Shown in pieces: positions 48,101-62,700 of a DNA stretch of 64,000 bases (its first letter is position 1; each line of letters opens with the position of its first letter). Position numbers and translations under genes: made by a program. The notes under the pieces were generated by a model. It saw only the letters and a program-made list of their open reading frames with translations, had not been told where the DNA came from and ran no database searches. Source of the DNA: Squalus acanthias (lineage: Eukaryota); the NCBI GenBank assembly GCA_030390025.1, contig JASTWF010000236.1:62001-126000 (forward strand). Direction: 5' to 3'.

Positions 48101-51100
48101 TAAGTCTTCACAGTCGTCTAGCCTTTAACTTTTCTTAGTTGGGTTAGAGAGGTGATTTGGTAAGGAGGAAGGGGAGCATCACAAACCTGCCATGAGTGAA
48201 CACTAGGATGAAGGGCCCAGGAGGTCGTTGCTCCCTAAATCTTGCATGCAGGCAGGAAAGCCAGAGCTGGCAGCTGTTCAAGGGCAATTAAAAATAAAAA
48301 CGTAATTACTATTTGTGCAATTTGTCTGTTGAGTAAATGTTGCGAAACACAGCAGCGAGACCCAGAACCAAATCTTGTGCATTGAAGTTCGAACAAAAAG
48401 TGGTAATTTTCAGATTAAAGTCAAAATAGTTAAAAAAAAGAAATAAATAATGTAGACACATGGCTGATGATGGGGTGGGGGAGACAAGAACCAGTAGAAC
48501 AATTGAACAATTAATAGCTAGATTGGTTCAGATCTACATTTGTGTCGATCTTAATGTTTGATATTGGTATGTTGTGCCACCTTTAATGCAGAGTATAGTT
48601 TATTTGCTTTTATCTCGTCTTGGAGCAAGGGAAAAACTTTCAATTCATTGTATGGTCTTAATTTATGAATGCTATACTTTAGTTTTGTAACTTATTTATG
48701 TGCATTATTAGAACTAAGTCTTTAGCTATAAATCACTCATTTTACCTTGTTATAGATGAAACACGTGGTAGTGTCTGCTTCATTAATCTCAGGCTACTTG
48801 ATTTGTATGAGTGCTTTCTGCAGAGCACCGAATACATGTCTTCAATTAAGACTGTTTATTTTTCTATGCAATTTTTAAGCAATTAAAATCTTACTAGTAT
48901 TTCTGTCATAATTCTGGGCACTTGATAAAACTGGTTATTGTGGTTCCAAAGATAGTTGTGCAATCAGTGAAGTATCTAACTCAAATTAAATTTGCAAGCA
49001 CGGATTTCAAATTCGCAAGCACAGATTTCTGAGATTTTTAGATGCAAGTTTTGCGGTTTGATATTTTATTAAAACTGTAATTTACATCTCCTGCTCACTA
49101 TTGGCCTTTACAGATTCCATCAGTACTAATGAAAACCAAAGTGATGCGGCATTTACGTTGAATTTTTTTTTTTAGTTTTGGCATAAACCAATCAACATGT
49201 GTGGCCATGTCCAGGAATGGATTGATTCAGAGTAGTAGCTCTGTGGATTCTGTCATTCTAGCCTCATTGAGAAACTAGCATTGTACGGTGCTTGTGATTA
49301 ATTTTGTGTACGTGTCTGTAATACAATATCAAACCAAGATAAATGCATGCTGATCCAATTCTCCACTTGTTCAAGAATCTCTGATTTCCATTATTTAATG
49401 GAAAAAGTGATTTTTCTTTTCTTGCTGATAACACCATCCTCTCTGTGCGGTTAACTCCATAACGTGACCATTGACTCATTGGCAAGAGTGTTCTCCAAAG
49501 ACTATATCTGTATTTTACATTATGTTCCTGACGTTGATGCAATTAAAGCTGTGCAAACCATTAGATCAGATGAAGATTGTCTGTTCTACATCAGATTCCA
49601 GGTTTTACTGCTTTTATTCAACAATCTATAACATTTGAGGGATGTAGTTAGACTATTAGTGCTCCACAACAGGGATGTCCTACAAGTTGGAGCAGTGGAC
49701 TGGATGTGTCTTCCACAACTAGTAAGTGGACGATGTGGGACTGATTTTGGTTCCAAGCACAGAATGAAATTGAGGCTCCCACTTCCATGGTCAACTGTAT
49801 TCATGTTAAAGTCCACTTCAGTCATAGCTCACGACACCAAAGCAAACATTTTATGGGGTGTAGTTAGTGAAGGAGGGAGGGTTCCTGTGCAAGATTGGTA
49901 CATGATGATTGGGCTTACGAATAATGCAATACCAAGTCATAATGTTTAATTGTAGTCTACTTTTGTAGAATTTGTAAAATTGCCAAGAAGCTACTTTTCC
50001 TATACATTTTTGTGTTAGTTTTTGTGTTCTGTTGTTTTAAGACTTTCAATCGGTAAAATGAAGAAAAGTTTACTTTTTTTGGTATTATGTTTGTATAATC
50101 AAGTTATTTCGTTGTAAAGTTAGCAAAATGAACGTAGGAAGTACTCTCTGCTGTTTTGGAGCAGATCCATATTTTAACCAAGCTCGATTGGGGAAAACAG
50201 GCCAATGCCATATCTCATCATGGCAGCGTGCAATCCTGCTTCATTGCAGCCTATTGCCCCACATTCTCCATCATGGGGAAAGAAATAGCACCCTTCTACA
50301 TATTTATTCAGTTGTAATACAAACAAATGGCCATAAGGGGTCACATAGCTCAGAAAACACCTGCCTGCCCTCTCCTGTATTGGCGTTTGTGAATGAAGAC
50401 TGAAATAATTCAGGAGCCAATCTGATGTCCAGCATGAGTCTGCTCTTGTATCCAAGTGGAGAAGCAGCAGTGGGACTTTGCGTGTGTAGAAAAACAGTGG
50501 GACTGATTAGAAGAATTGAAATCTTGAATATGTCACTACCTCTATCTCTGCCCAATTCAAAACTGCCGCCTCACTAGCTGGTGTGCGTAACGGGCAATGA
50601 GAGTGTGGTGGTGGTGGGGGGGGTCAGGGGCGGGGGAGCAATTTGTTTGGCGCGAGGACCTGCAGGCTGCTTTGTCTAAGGCAACAGCAGTCCAGCTGAA
50701 ATGGCCAAGTGGAGTGAATTTGACCTGCGGGCTGCTGCTGCACCTGAACATTCTGCAATAATCAAAAAATTCAATGTTGAAAAACAATGTCAAAGTTCTG
50801 CAATAGTTTTTCTGCTTCTGGAATACTCTTCCACACAGCCTCATCATCTGAAACTCTACCACTTGCATTTTGAAGTTCTTATTTAACTACGGTTGTTGAA
50901 GCATCAGCGGCATGTGTCCAAACTAAGGCTTGTGATTCCCTTGTGCTCTGGCCTATGTAGCCCAGGGAGCTCATTTGTTATTTGAACTTATTTCTTGATT
51001 ACTGGTTTGTCTTGTTGGAATGTTGTGGGCCTGGAGGATTGGAAAGGGCAGCTGTTAATGCAATTGTCTCATTAGTGGAGCATATCCTAAATCAGAACAC

Positions 51101-51781
51101 CAAAATCTGTTACCTGCAGTTAAATACATATATAAATTAGTGGGATATTTTACGTGGCCTGAGAGGTTCTGTAGTAGGCATGTAAGTGACCCATGAAAGC
51201 GAAAAGCTTTAACACATCTTCGTCACCCCCCATATCTGCGGGATATTTCTGGTATGGCTTTTGGTGTCTTTATGGCATTTCTTTGTGCTTCTGGATTGAC
51301 AATTTATCTAGGTTAAACTGATGTTATTACAGTTGCTTCTTGCTGTAACCTATATGTTATAGCTATTGTATACAAAAAAAATTCGATCAAAATAAGTACT
51401 TCTGGGGCAGATTTTTTTCTCCTCTTCCTTTCCCCAGCATTATGAATTTACAGTGTTGGGTGCAAATCTTACTGAATAATTAATCTATATTATATAGACT
51501 AATTGAAACTATTACATAATGTGTTATTGACAATGGGGATATTGTGATTTTGTTAAGCTTTGACCTTCATAAAATTTGCCTGAATAGGCATAACCTCAGC
51601 ATAAATGACTTTCTACTCACCCCCCCCCCCCCCCCCCCCCAAGCCAGTCTCTCTCTCTTTGGTTCTCTCCCCCCGCCCCCCCAAACTTCCCAACCACATC
51701 AGCAATCAGTCAACATTTAAACTTGAAAATTGTGTCTACTGCTACAAAAAACATTCTCATGTGTCTTTTTTTTCTCTGCAG

Positions 51782-51916
51782 GTTGGGCGGACCAGACCCA
51801 CTGGACTACATCAGTATGTACAGAAATCCAGGCAGCCTAACACAGGACGTTCCAGAGCACTGGCATTATATCAGCTTTGGTTTGAGTGACTTGTATGGTG
51901 ACAATAGAGTCCACGA
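51782..51916 (+). CDS. SUFU: Suppressor of fused homolog, coding exon 2 (135 bp)
   Basis: (W)LGGPDPLDYISMYRNPGSLTQDVPEHWHYISFGLSDLYGDNRVHE; polypyrimidine tract with cag acceptor, gtaagt donor; phase matches exon 1. Confidence 0.97.
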
Positions 51917-52509
51917 GTAAGTACCATAAAAGAAAAATCGCAAATACTGGAAATCTAAAATAAAGGGAAAATTATTGAGGGTCCGATCCAAAACATTAGC
52001 TCATTTTGCAGCTGCTGACTAACCTGTTGTCCCGTTCCAGTATTTGCTATTCTTGTTTAAGTGCCATGATGGGTTAGAAATAGGGAAATTTTGCAACTGC
52101 TTCTTTATTTGGAAAAAAATCCTGCATACATATTTTAAAGATGGTCAGTAACACAAATGTGTTTTTGACACAGAAACTAATTTGATATTGATGCGTATGC
52201 AGCTATGAAAGATCCTAAAAGTGATTAAGCATATTGGCATATTTGGTTGTTCTCTCAAAAGTTGCTCCAGTGAAAAGACTTCAAATCTGATTTGTACGTT
52301 GCTGATTTATGAGGAAGTCGCAACCGAAATGTAACCTGAGCATTAGCTCCTCGTGTCTGAGGTGACTTATGGGATGGGCTGCCACCAAGCACAGTGAATG
52401 TGACCTCCTAGAGGGGCTCAAAAACAAATGGATCAAGTCCTAGTGTAACTCGGACTTGACATACTGGATAGACACCATGGTAGGAGGAAGATGAAAACTG
52501 TCTGAGTAT

Positions 52510-52730
52510 AGATTCACTCGGAGGGCGGTGAACCTGTGGAATTCTCTACCACAGAAGGCTGTGGAGGCCAAGTCACTGAATATATTTAAGAAGGACATAG
52601 ATTTCTAGACACAAAAGGCATCAAGGGGTATGGGGAGAGCAGGAATATGGTATTGAGATAGAGGATCAGCTGTGATCATATTGAATGGTGGAGCAGGCTA
52701 CTCCTGCTCCTATTTTTCCATGTTTCTATC
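52510..52730 (+). mobile_element. CR1 LINE 3' fragment
   Basis: FTRRAVNLWNSLPQKAVEA plus 3' UTR as in 7225-7450. Confidence 0.75.
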
Positions 52731-53844
52731 ACGCATGAAGTTGAAAACGTGCTCAGATAAAGGGCCTCCTTTTTGTCTGTACATTCTTATATTGGCTCCT
52801 CTGGCCTAATGAAATGTGTTGTGATACCGGAAGGAGAAATTAGAAGTCACTGTTGGATGATTTTTAGTTTGTCTTTCCTAGCTTCCCCCCCCCCCCACAC
52901 ATACCCCCAAAAACTCTGCTTAGATGAGGTCAGAAACTTACTTTTAATTTTTTTTTTCTCTGCCAAACCGACAAGTATTCCGGTTATCAAAATATACTAA
53001 ATTCCCTAGTGTGTGTGATACAGCTTCAGCTGTCTTATTGCCTTGTGCCTGTTTGGTTTTTGAAACTCATTTCTGATAACCCCATTAAGATTCCTTTTTG
53101 AGCTAGAGAGATTTGCAATTAGGTGTCGTCATAAATGTAAAATCTTTAACGGTATAACGACGGCTATATGTATTCAGTTGTGTTTCTGCAAATTTTGGTA
53201 CAATCCATACGGCTATGAGTGAGATCATTGACTTTTCTACTTGTGTTGGTAATTCATGGCCGCCCTGAATTGCAACACTTTTAACAATTTGATCATTTTC
53301 TTCTCTCCAGAAGAGGCTGATTCTTGCTGAAATCTAGTTCCATGACTGTTATAGGTCTTTGGGTACCCACATAACTATTTTTCATGAGTGAGTCTAGACA
53401 GTGACTGTTGGAAAGCTGTTTCACTGCAAAGGGCGTTATGGCTGACCCTGATTCTATCCCAATCTGACGATCACGTGCACGCATTTTCCAAGAGGAGTCA
53501 CAGGTTAGCAGTCCGGAATGGGAAATCTTTTTTTAATCCCCTGTCCCCTCCAATTCCCTTTCTTAAGGGGCACTGAAGCAAATACAGGGTTCCCAATTGA
53601 AATCAGCAAAGCAGGGAAAGTTAGAAGTATTAATAACTATGATGTGATATAATATAATAACTATAACAGACATGTCTTCAGTTTGGGCAGGGAACTTAAT
53701 ATTCCTACCTATAACATTTTCAGGAGAGGTAGGTAGGTAGATAGGGAAAGCAAAGTGGGATGGTGTGGTAGTAGTGGTATAGGATTCGATCAAAGGGATA
53801 GAACATAAGGATGTCCTAGGGTTGTGTTAAAACTGAATCCATAC

Positions 53845-54315
53845 AGAATCATAGATTTGTATAGCACAGAAAGAGGCCATTCTGCCCATTGTGCCTGTGC
53901 CAGCTCTTTGAAAGAGCTATCCATAGCCCTGCAAATATTTCCTTTCAAGTATTTATCCAATTCTCTTTTAAAAGTTACTATTGAATCTGCTTCTACCACC
54001 CTTTCAGGCAGTGCATTTCAGATCATAACAACTCACGGCATAAAAAATAATTCTTCTCTCCCCTCTGGTTCTTTTGCTAATTACCTTAAATCTGTGTTCA
54101 CTGGTTACTGACTCTCCTGCCAGTGGAACCTGTTTCTCCTTGTTTACTGTCAAAAAATCTGTCATAATTTTGAACACCTCTATTAAATCTCCCATTAACC
54201 ATCTCTGCTCTAAGGAGAACAATCCCAGCTTCTCTAGTCTCTCCAGATAACTGAAGTCCCTCATCCCTGGTAATCATTCTACTAAATCTCCTCTGCACCC
54301 TCTCCAAGACCTTGA
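53845..54315 (-). mobile_element. CR1 LINE 3' fragment
   Basis: MRDFSYLERLEKLGLFSLEQRWLMGDLIEVFKIM. Confidence 0.85.
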
Positions 54316-54489
54316 CATGGAATGGGTTTCAGTTGAGAAAAAGGAAGGTAAATAGTTTTTGGTGAGTATTATAGGCTGCCAAACACTGGAGATGAAGTAG
54401 AGGTGGAGATCTGCAGATAGTTGAGAGATATGGAAGAAGACCAGCGCAACTTTAATTATCCCAAGATCGACTGGAGTAAAGATAATGCA

Positions 54490-54680
54490 ATAAAAACACA
54501 AAATGCTGGAAATACTCAGGTCAGGAAGCATCTGTGGAGAGAGAAACAGATGTCGAAAGGTCATCGACCTGAAATGTTAACACTCTTTCTCTCTCCACAG
54601 ATGCTGCCTGACTTGCTGAATATTTCCAGCATTTTTTGTTTTTATTTCAAATTTCCAGCATCTGCAGTATTTTGCTTTTC
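54490..54680. mobile_element. Penelope terminal-repeat fragment, tail-to-tail inverted
   Basis: aaatgctggaaatactcag..gcatctgtggagagagaaa followed by its reverse complement, with a decayed hammerhead (aggtcatcgacctgaaatgttaac) at the junction. Confidence 0.7.
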
Positions 54681-56664
54681 TAAAGGTGATATTGCATATG
54701 GTCAAAGTAAGGAATGTTTTTTTAATAGCTTCCCAGATCAGTATGTTTCTAGCTCAACAAGGAAAGGAACATTGCTTGATTTAGTTCTGAGAAACGAAGT
54801 GGGGCAAATAATTGATGAGAGGAGGAGAACTGGGGAATATTGACCACAATGTAAGTTCATTATAAGAATAGAAAAGGATAATGAAGAGTTAAAAGGTCAC
54901 TGCGCCATCAGTGTTTGCTAGAGTTGGACTGTGCACTTTAGATGCTAAAGTCTGCTTTTTGATGCCAGTTTCAGACCCACCGTGTGGCTCAGCACGTTTA
55001 AGTACATAAATTTGGTTCTGCTGCTCTCTTGTGTTTTAGGGGGCGATGGGGGAAGGCTAAATCAAGTGCTTGATTTAGATGCTACTTAGCAGTGCATGTG
55101 TTTAACTTAGTAGAAAATGAGATTTTATAAAAAATTATCAGGCTAGATGAAGTAACTTTGTATTTAATGAAATGCTGCTGTTGGTGATCTGCCATTTCCT
55201 ATGTCTCTGTAGTGCAACTATGTGATTACTGAAAGCAGCAATTAGTTGGGACAGGGAGTAATGCAGAGGTGACCTTATTTCCTTCGTAACCCATCCTTCT
55301 GAATCCAAATGTAGTGATTCTTGCGAGATCCCAGTTTACAATATTGATGTTGCGTGATCAGATTTAATTTGTGATCTGAGTCAAAATCCGTACTTAATGA
55401 GTTTTGTGCCATTAAACCAAAGAACAAATTTGAGCCAAATAAAAAATGTGGAGTATTGGTTGGGGCTGCCATGATGTATGCAAAATGGCTAAGATTCAGT
55501 GGTGCCTAAACACTGGCCAAAAGCTGGCCTAATTTTGTTCCCCACAATCTGTTCATAACAGACAAAGCATCCAAGTTATAATATGAAGACGAGCAAATTC
55601 TTCATGGCTTTGTAGCTGCAGAGTAGGTTAATTGAAGTCACTTCAGTTCTGATTACAGTATAAAATTGCAATGACCTGCCAACCATTCATTTAACTGCAT
55701 AGTTGTAATGCTGTTTGGGAGAGGTCTTTTGTGATTGTCCTATTGATCCAGACTCTGGGGGTGGGCTGTATGACAGTCCTATTTTGCATTAAACGATTGT
55801 AAGAAACCATTGAACAGAATATAACTTACATTTTTATGAGTGTAAAATATTTATTGATCTAAATATTTGTCTTTCATTATAAAATAATTGCATATTTAAA
55901 TGTATCTATTTTTGGATTATTAAGTTTCAAGTTAAAACATTCAAGTTAAATATGCATTCATGGGAATTTGTTTGTACCTACTGAAAGAAGAGGCACACAT
56001 TTGGGTTATGTTCTTCCAGGATGTTTGTTCATTGCCAAACTAATAATTGGGAGAAGTAAGAATATATTTTAATCTTGCTTGTGTGCCATCAAAGTGAGAC
56101 CAAATCACTGAAAAAGGATTTAAACAATTCCATTAAAACATTCTGTAATTTGCCCACACAGCAGGCTCAATGACCAGTACATTTACATTTCTGGATGACA
56201 AAGATACAGAAGGAATGTCGGCTTGTGGGTTATTTTGACTTTTTATAGTGTTATTGTTCATGAATAAAATGGTGCAGTTTTTTTAACTACTAGCTGTAAT
56301 AGTTATAATAGTTGCAGTTTAAGACTTTTTTTAATGTGTTGCCTTCAATGCCAGGATTGTGGTAATTTAAAAAAAAAAAAAATTTCCCCTGGTTTCCTTT
56401 TTAAGTAAACTTTCTTACTGATTGCAGTAATGTGCCTGTTGTACTGTACACCCAAGAAATCTTGAAAGGATGTGCACCTGCTTAGTGTCTTTCTTTGCTA
56501 CTTTGTTGGATGTACATCTGCCGTGCCAAGTTTTTCATTATATTGAATCCCATGTGGAAGGTGTTTTGTTTGAGAGTAGTTTGACAAACCTGTTAATGGT
56601 ATATCGTGATGTATGGGTGGAATTCAGCTTCCCACAAAGTAGCTTGCATTGAACAATACCTTTT

Positions 56665-57720
56665 AGAACCATAGAATGGTTACAGCACAGGAGAAGGCCA
56701 TTTGGCCGTTGAGCCCGTGCCAGCTCACTGCAGCTAGTCCCACTCCCCTGTAGCTCTGCAAATTTTTTTCCTTTGGGTACTTATCCAATTTCCTTTTGAA
56801 AGCCACGATTTAATCTGCCTCCACCACCCTTTCAGGCAGTGCATTCCAGATCCTAACCACTTGGTGCATAAAAAAGTTTTTCCTCATGTCGCCTTTGGTT
56901 CTTTTGCCAACCACCTTAAATCTGTGTCCTCTGGTTCTCGACCCTTCCACCAATGGGAGCAGTTTCCCTCTATCTACTCTGTCTAGACCCATCATGATTT
57001 TGAACACCTCTTTCAAATCTCCTCTCAACCTTCTCTGCTCCAAGGAGAACAACCCCAGCTTCTCCAGTCTATCCACATAACTGAAGTCCCTCATCCCTGG
57101 AACCATTCTCGTAAATCTTTTCTGCACCCTTTCTAAGGCCTTCACATCCTTCCTAAAGTGTGGTGCCCAGAATTGGACACACTGCTCCAGTTGAGGCCAA
57201 ACCAGTGTTTTGTAAAGGTTCATAACTTCCTTGCTTTTGTACTCTATTTATGAAACCCAGGATCCCGTATGCTTTTTTTAACTGCTTTCTCAACCTGCCT
57301 GGCACGCCACCATCAACGATTTGTGCACATATACCCCCCAAGCCTTTCTGTTCATTCACCCTCTTTAGGATTGTACCCTTTAGTTTATATTGCCTCTCCT
57401 CGTTCTTCCTACTAAAATGTATCACTTCGCACTTTTCTGCATTAAATTTCATCTGCCACGTGTCTGCCCATTCCACCAGCCTGTCTGTGTCTTCTTGAAG
57501 TCTATCACTGTCCTCCTCACTGTTCACTATACTTTCAAGTTTTGTCATCTGCAAATTTGAAATTGTGCCCTGTACACCAAAGTCCAAGTCATTAATATAT
57601 ATCAAGAAAAGCAGTGGTCCCAGTATCAACCCCTGGGGAACACCACTGTATACCTTCCTCCAGTCTGAAAACCAATCGTTCACCACTACTCTGTTTCCTG
57701 TCACTTGGCCAATTTCATAT
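56665..57720 (-). mobile_element. CR1 LINE RT/3' fragment
   Basis: SGVPQGLILGPLLFLIYINDLD..WQMKFNAEKCEVIHF; LYKTLVWPQLEQCVQFWAPHFRKD. Confidence 0.9.
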
Positions 57721-59302
57721 CCATATTTTTAGCCTATAATACTTAAAACAAGACATAATATATAATCATGATCCACGTTTTTGCAACTGTAAATGTGTGG
57801 AGAGATCGTACTTGACTGTACATCAGTCTGTACTATTCATCTGATTCTGCACTATTTTCCCTGTAATTAGTTTAATCAAGACTGATTTTAGATCCGATTC
57901 CTTGTGTTTGTTGACTTGTTAAAGCAGCAAAATAAATTATAGTTCAGAACTGGAATCTTTGGAATTTTTACTGCATGCCACTTAAAACGAGATTGATTTT
58001 ATTTTTAAAGTCTAAATTACTTTTGGATGATTTACTAAAGTCTTTTTTTTCCAGTTGTATTTGTCTTCAAAAGTAATGGCCAGAAAAGGATCACATTTTT
58101 GGATCAAAATATCCCACTGTGCATTATGTATACTGTGCCAACAAAAAAAATCACTTGGATTTTTAGCCCATTAAACATCATTTTAAGGGAACCAGTTCTG
58201 TGCTCGAGGTGCCCTTACTATGCACATCGATTAAATGCCAATAGCTGTTCTCTTATTTTGAATATAATTGTTAAATGGGTATCCTCTACGTTGTGCTGGA
58301 GCATAATGTTCTGGGGAAATTGTTGGTAAAATGGCAGCACATGGGTTCACTTTGTGGTCCCATACTGCTGAGTCCTTTATCTTAGAAAAAACAGCTTTCC
58401 TACGGAGAGGAAGGAGCATTGTTGCGGATCTGTGCTCAAATACTACTTGGAGGTTTTGCAGGACTCCCAGCTGATCTTTTTTGTTTGTTTGCTGAGGCTA
58501 AGGGAAAAGAAAGGAGAAAAACTGAGCAGTAATAAATACCCTTTCCACCCCATCCTATTTAAATACAAAAAAAACAAGTTGTTGTATTTAAGGCCTGAAT
58601 CAGGAAGTCGTGAACAGGTAATGCTAAGCTTAGTTTTTAAAAGCCTGAAGATTGTAGGAGGAAGGAAAGGCTTAGGGTAGTAATGAGTTCCACAGTTTTG
58701 AGGTTGTGGGAAAGAATGAGTTAGATTAACAAGACTGATCCTTGACTTCAACACCATGTGGATCTAAGGAGGAAGAGGAGCGTGCAGAATTAATATTTGG
58801 TGCTTGGGAGGCATGAGGGGCAAGTTCAGAGGAGCACTGACAATAGCAGTCAATTGGAGGTTAGAACAAAATAAAATGGCCTCATTGGTTTCAAATATTT
58901 GCAAATACTTTTACAAAAATGTTATGCCATTAAGTACTTAAATATATTGAAAGTGTTTGGGGGATTCCTAGGTTTATAAGACCTTGTGTTAAGAAGTAAC
59001 ATTTTGAATTGTATGAGGGTTTTGGACACTTCAGTGCGACTCTTTTAAAATTTAAGTTGTTTAAAGGACTCATTATTTTTACTAATGAGAGCATATTTCA
59101 AATGGAATACAAATTTTCTATTGTACTGATGGGGAAAAGACTTTACAATCATGCAATTGTCTACTTTGTTGTGTATTGTAGTTACCCAGTTGTTCTAGCT
59201 GGCTCGACTACTTCAAGGAAGCCTACTTGGAATCAAGTTTTTTCCACAACAGTGGCTTCAGGAGGAAGGAAAGATTTTCCTGACCCTGCCCCCTTTAGGA
59301 AA

Positions 59303-59753
59303 AAAGAAAGACAGACTTGCATTTATATAGCGCCTTTCACGACCACCGGATGTCTCGAAGCGCTTTACAGCCAATGCAGTACTTTTTGGAGTGTAGTCAC
59401 TGTTGTAATGTAGGAAATGCGGCAGCCAGTTTGTGCACAGCAAGCTCCCACAAACAGCAATGTGATAATGACCAGATAATCTGTTTTTGTTACGTTGATT
59501 GAGGGATAAATATTGGCCAGGACACCGGGGATAACTCCCCTGCTCCTCTTCGAAATAGTGCCATGGGATCTTTCACATCCATCAGAGAGCGGACTGGGCC
59601 TCGGTTTAACGTCTCATCCGAAAGACTGCACCTCCGACAGTGCAGCACTCCCTCAGTACAGCACTGGGAGTGTCGACCTAGATTTATATGCTCAAGTCCC
59701 TGGAGTGGGACTTGAACCCACAACCTTCTGACTCAGAGGCGAGGATGCTACCA
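59303..59753 (-). mobile_element. SINE (SacSINE1/DeuSINE-like), near full length
   Basis: Reverse complement of the 37511 copy, lacking the first ~20 nt. Confidence 0.88.
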
Positions 59754-62700
59754 CAGGAAGAAACTGATGAAGTTACCTTGGAACTTTTTTGAGGTTTTGG
59801 CAAATGTTAATTTTCTTGTTCACATGGATGCTGTCAAACAGGGTTGTCCTCCCTGCTGGGTTGCTATGATGATGTCCGTTATGGGGAGCTTTGATTGAGT
59901 GACTGAACTACCTTTATTAAAAAATAGTGGGGGAGTACAACATCAAACCAGCCCAAGTGCTGCTTCAGAGCTACCTGTGCCCAGGAAATTGTTACAGATG
60001 GGAATTCAAATTTCACCGTTTGTAGTATAGTTTCCTGGGTTCAGGTGGCACGGAACGGTTTCAAGTCATGTTTGCATTGGAGTAGTAACAGGATGCTCCC
60101 TGTAATTGATACAATTGAAGCAGCTTCGCAGGGAGGGAAACCTGGCTTAATGATTTCCACGTCAACCAGAAAACTAACGAGTCACAAACATTAAGGTAGG
60201 TATAATTTTCCTTTATGAAAAGAGTACTTTAAATAATGTAAATCTTCTTCATTTTTGAGTCTCTATAAATACAAACGGTAACGAGTTGTATTTTGATTCT
60301 TTTGTGGAATCTGTGTGTATATATGTAGTTGACACTCTTGTCAATTTATTTTAAATTTGAAAAAACTTTCATTATTAAAACATTTGAGGAAAATCTGAAA
60401 ATTAGTGTGACAAGAAAGCTGCAAATGACATTAAGGCTTGAAAAGGTTAGCTTTAGTTTGTATTCTGGAAAAGGAACAGCTCATCAATTAGATGCAGATA
60501 ATTTTCCAGGTCTTGCTTCGTATTCTGTAATACTGACTTGTGCCTTAGATTCGTGCTGTTAAGGTTAGGGGGTGAGGAAATAGTTTGAAGAACCAGTTTC
60601 CTGCATTATAACCAATGGAACCCAATCACATTTTCATCATTACAAGGAGGCACATTTGAGCAACATATAAATTAATTAAGAGAAACTTTCCTTTTTAATA
60701 TTTTTTATGATAATTTGAGAGCCTTGTGAGTAGTCTGGGTTTAATTGTAAACTGTCGGTATCTGGATAAATTGTGTCCTGGTTTTCTGTCTCTAGTCACC
60801 TGACATTCGGTTACTACATTCGATAAATTTAGGCGGTTATTGGGGAGGCAGTGCTTTAACTCCTCACTTGGTGAGGGGAAAGGAAAGAAGGAATAGCAAA
60901 TATATTTTTTTAATAAAGAACTTCCCTCTGAGCCCCAAAGTAACTTTTTGAAGCAGATACATTATAGATTTATACAATGGCTTTTCATTGTCCTTGGTAT
61001 TTTCTCTGATGGTATATTGGAATTAATTTTATGTTTTGTGGTTTGTCTTTATGTATTCTGTTGTCTGAGTGGATTGACAGCTGCCCAACCACTGCCTATC
61101 CTTATGTTCTGTAGTAGGCTTGAGTGTGGCGAGATAATCTATTGCTTTGCCGATAGGGGATGGAGCAAGACGACTACTTGGATTGTTCTGTTTCAGTTAA
61201 TGCTACTTGTATTGTTCTGTTTCACCTAACTTAAACTGTGGTAGTCTTTTGAGGAAAAAACCCTGATCTTGAGTTAAGTATAGCATATGTTTTGTACTGT
61301 TGTGTTGTCAATATATGTATGTATAAATGTGTATGGTGTGCTGGCCACATGTGAATTACCCACCATAAGTTTCTTAAGTTGAGCAGAGATTTGATTCAGG
61401 ACATGTTTTTTAAGCCACTTTCTTAGTTGTGACTCTAGTTTGAAATATTTGCATGTCCATGCTTTTAACTGTTGTTATTGTTGAGCATCACGAATGCAGA
61501 AATTCAAATTGGAGCAGCCTGGTTGAGCTGCCTCCCACTGTACGTAAATGTTTTCTTTCCAGAAGTTGCTTGTTCAGTTGCATTTTTGTGCGGGTTGCCC
61601 TGAGGAGCAAGGTATGTACATAGTCCGAAGAAAATTTCTCGAACCAAGTTAGTTACGCTGAAAGCAATTTTAGTGCTGATGATGTAGATGTATACTTTTC
61701 AAATTTGTGGATAACTAGTTTCCATGAGTGGAATATTTCACAAGGCAAGACCTGTGTTTCTGCAATCATTTTCACGTTGAATATATTTGTCCAGACCATC
61801 TAAGCTTGCGCAAGTTTACATTATCAGTTCATGGTTTAGGTTTTGTGTTTTGCACTCGGAATTAGAAATGTAATCATCATGTGTGGGATTAAATTAAAAA
61901 CAGAATATGAATTTGGCAGTGTTCGAATCTTGTTATTTGGGCATCTTGTGTGTTCTGCATGAGGCTCATGCCACGATGGTCTTTTTTTGGAGCAGGAAAT
62001 GTGTAATTTTTGGATTTTGCTGCAAGCCTGTAGTTTTTTTTAGATACAAAATCTAGAAATTATTTTGCCAAGTATTTGTAGCAATAGAAAGGTTTGCAAA
62101 CTAACCTTTTTACAACTGGTATTTGGAAAAATGTAATTTTTAATCCAAAAATGAACACATTCCAGTACACTACTACTGCTGTCCACTACTATATATCTGC
62201 TTTTATGCAGTAGTAATGTTGCTGAGTGTGATGGGCACTAAGCACAATTTTTATCCTTTTGCCGAATGCAGGGTCAAACCAAACTCTTCAGAGAAGTTCC
62301 ATTCCAAGGAGTATGACATTACTTCTGTTCTTTTCTTGATATTTTCTCAGTCCAAAACTACACTTAATAAAGCCAACTTGTTCTTTATGTATTAACTTGG
62401 AATGTTCTCCTCATCTTGTAATCAACATTTAGTAATGTTGGATCGGATTCCCCCCCCCCCCCCCCCCCCCCCCCCGGCCTCAAGATGGGCAAGTGGGCTT
62501 ATTTCAATGACCTATCAAGTTTCTTCTTCAGTCATATTTGAATTGTGTAAAACAGTTAAGTTCTCAAAGAATTTGGTCATCTTTCCCCTGATGCTGTACC
62601 ACCTTTTACTTTTTTATATCGGTCCTAACATTTGGCCAACCCTGTCTTGAGTCTGAAGCAGCGTGATCGCCCTCCATTTCCGAACTATACCATTTTTGGT

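Noticed and set aside
59864-59908. ATGATGA...CTGA resembling a C/D box snoRNA in the SUFU intron
   Set aside because: The boxes are only ~30 nt apart, with no convincing terminal stem or recognisable guide sequence.
62449-62475. Long poly-C tract (also 51620-51640)
   Set aside because: Simple homopolymers of uncertain assembled length with no evidence of function.
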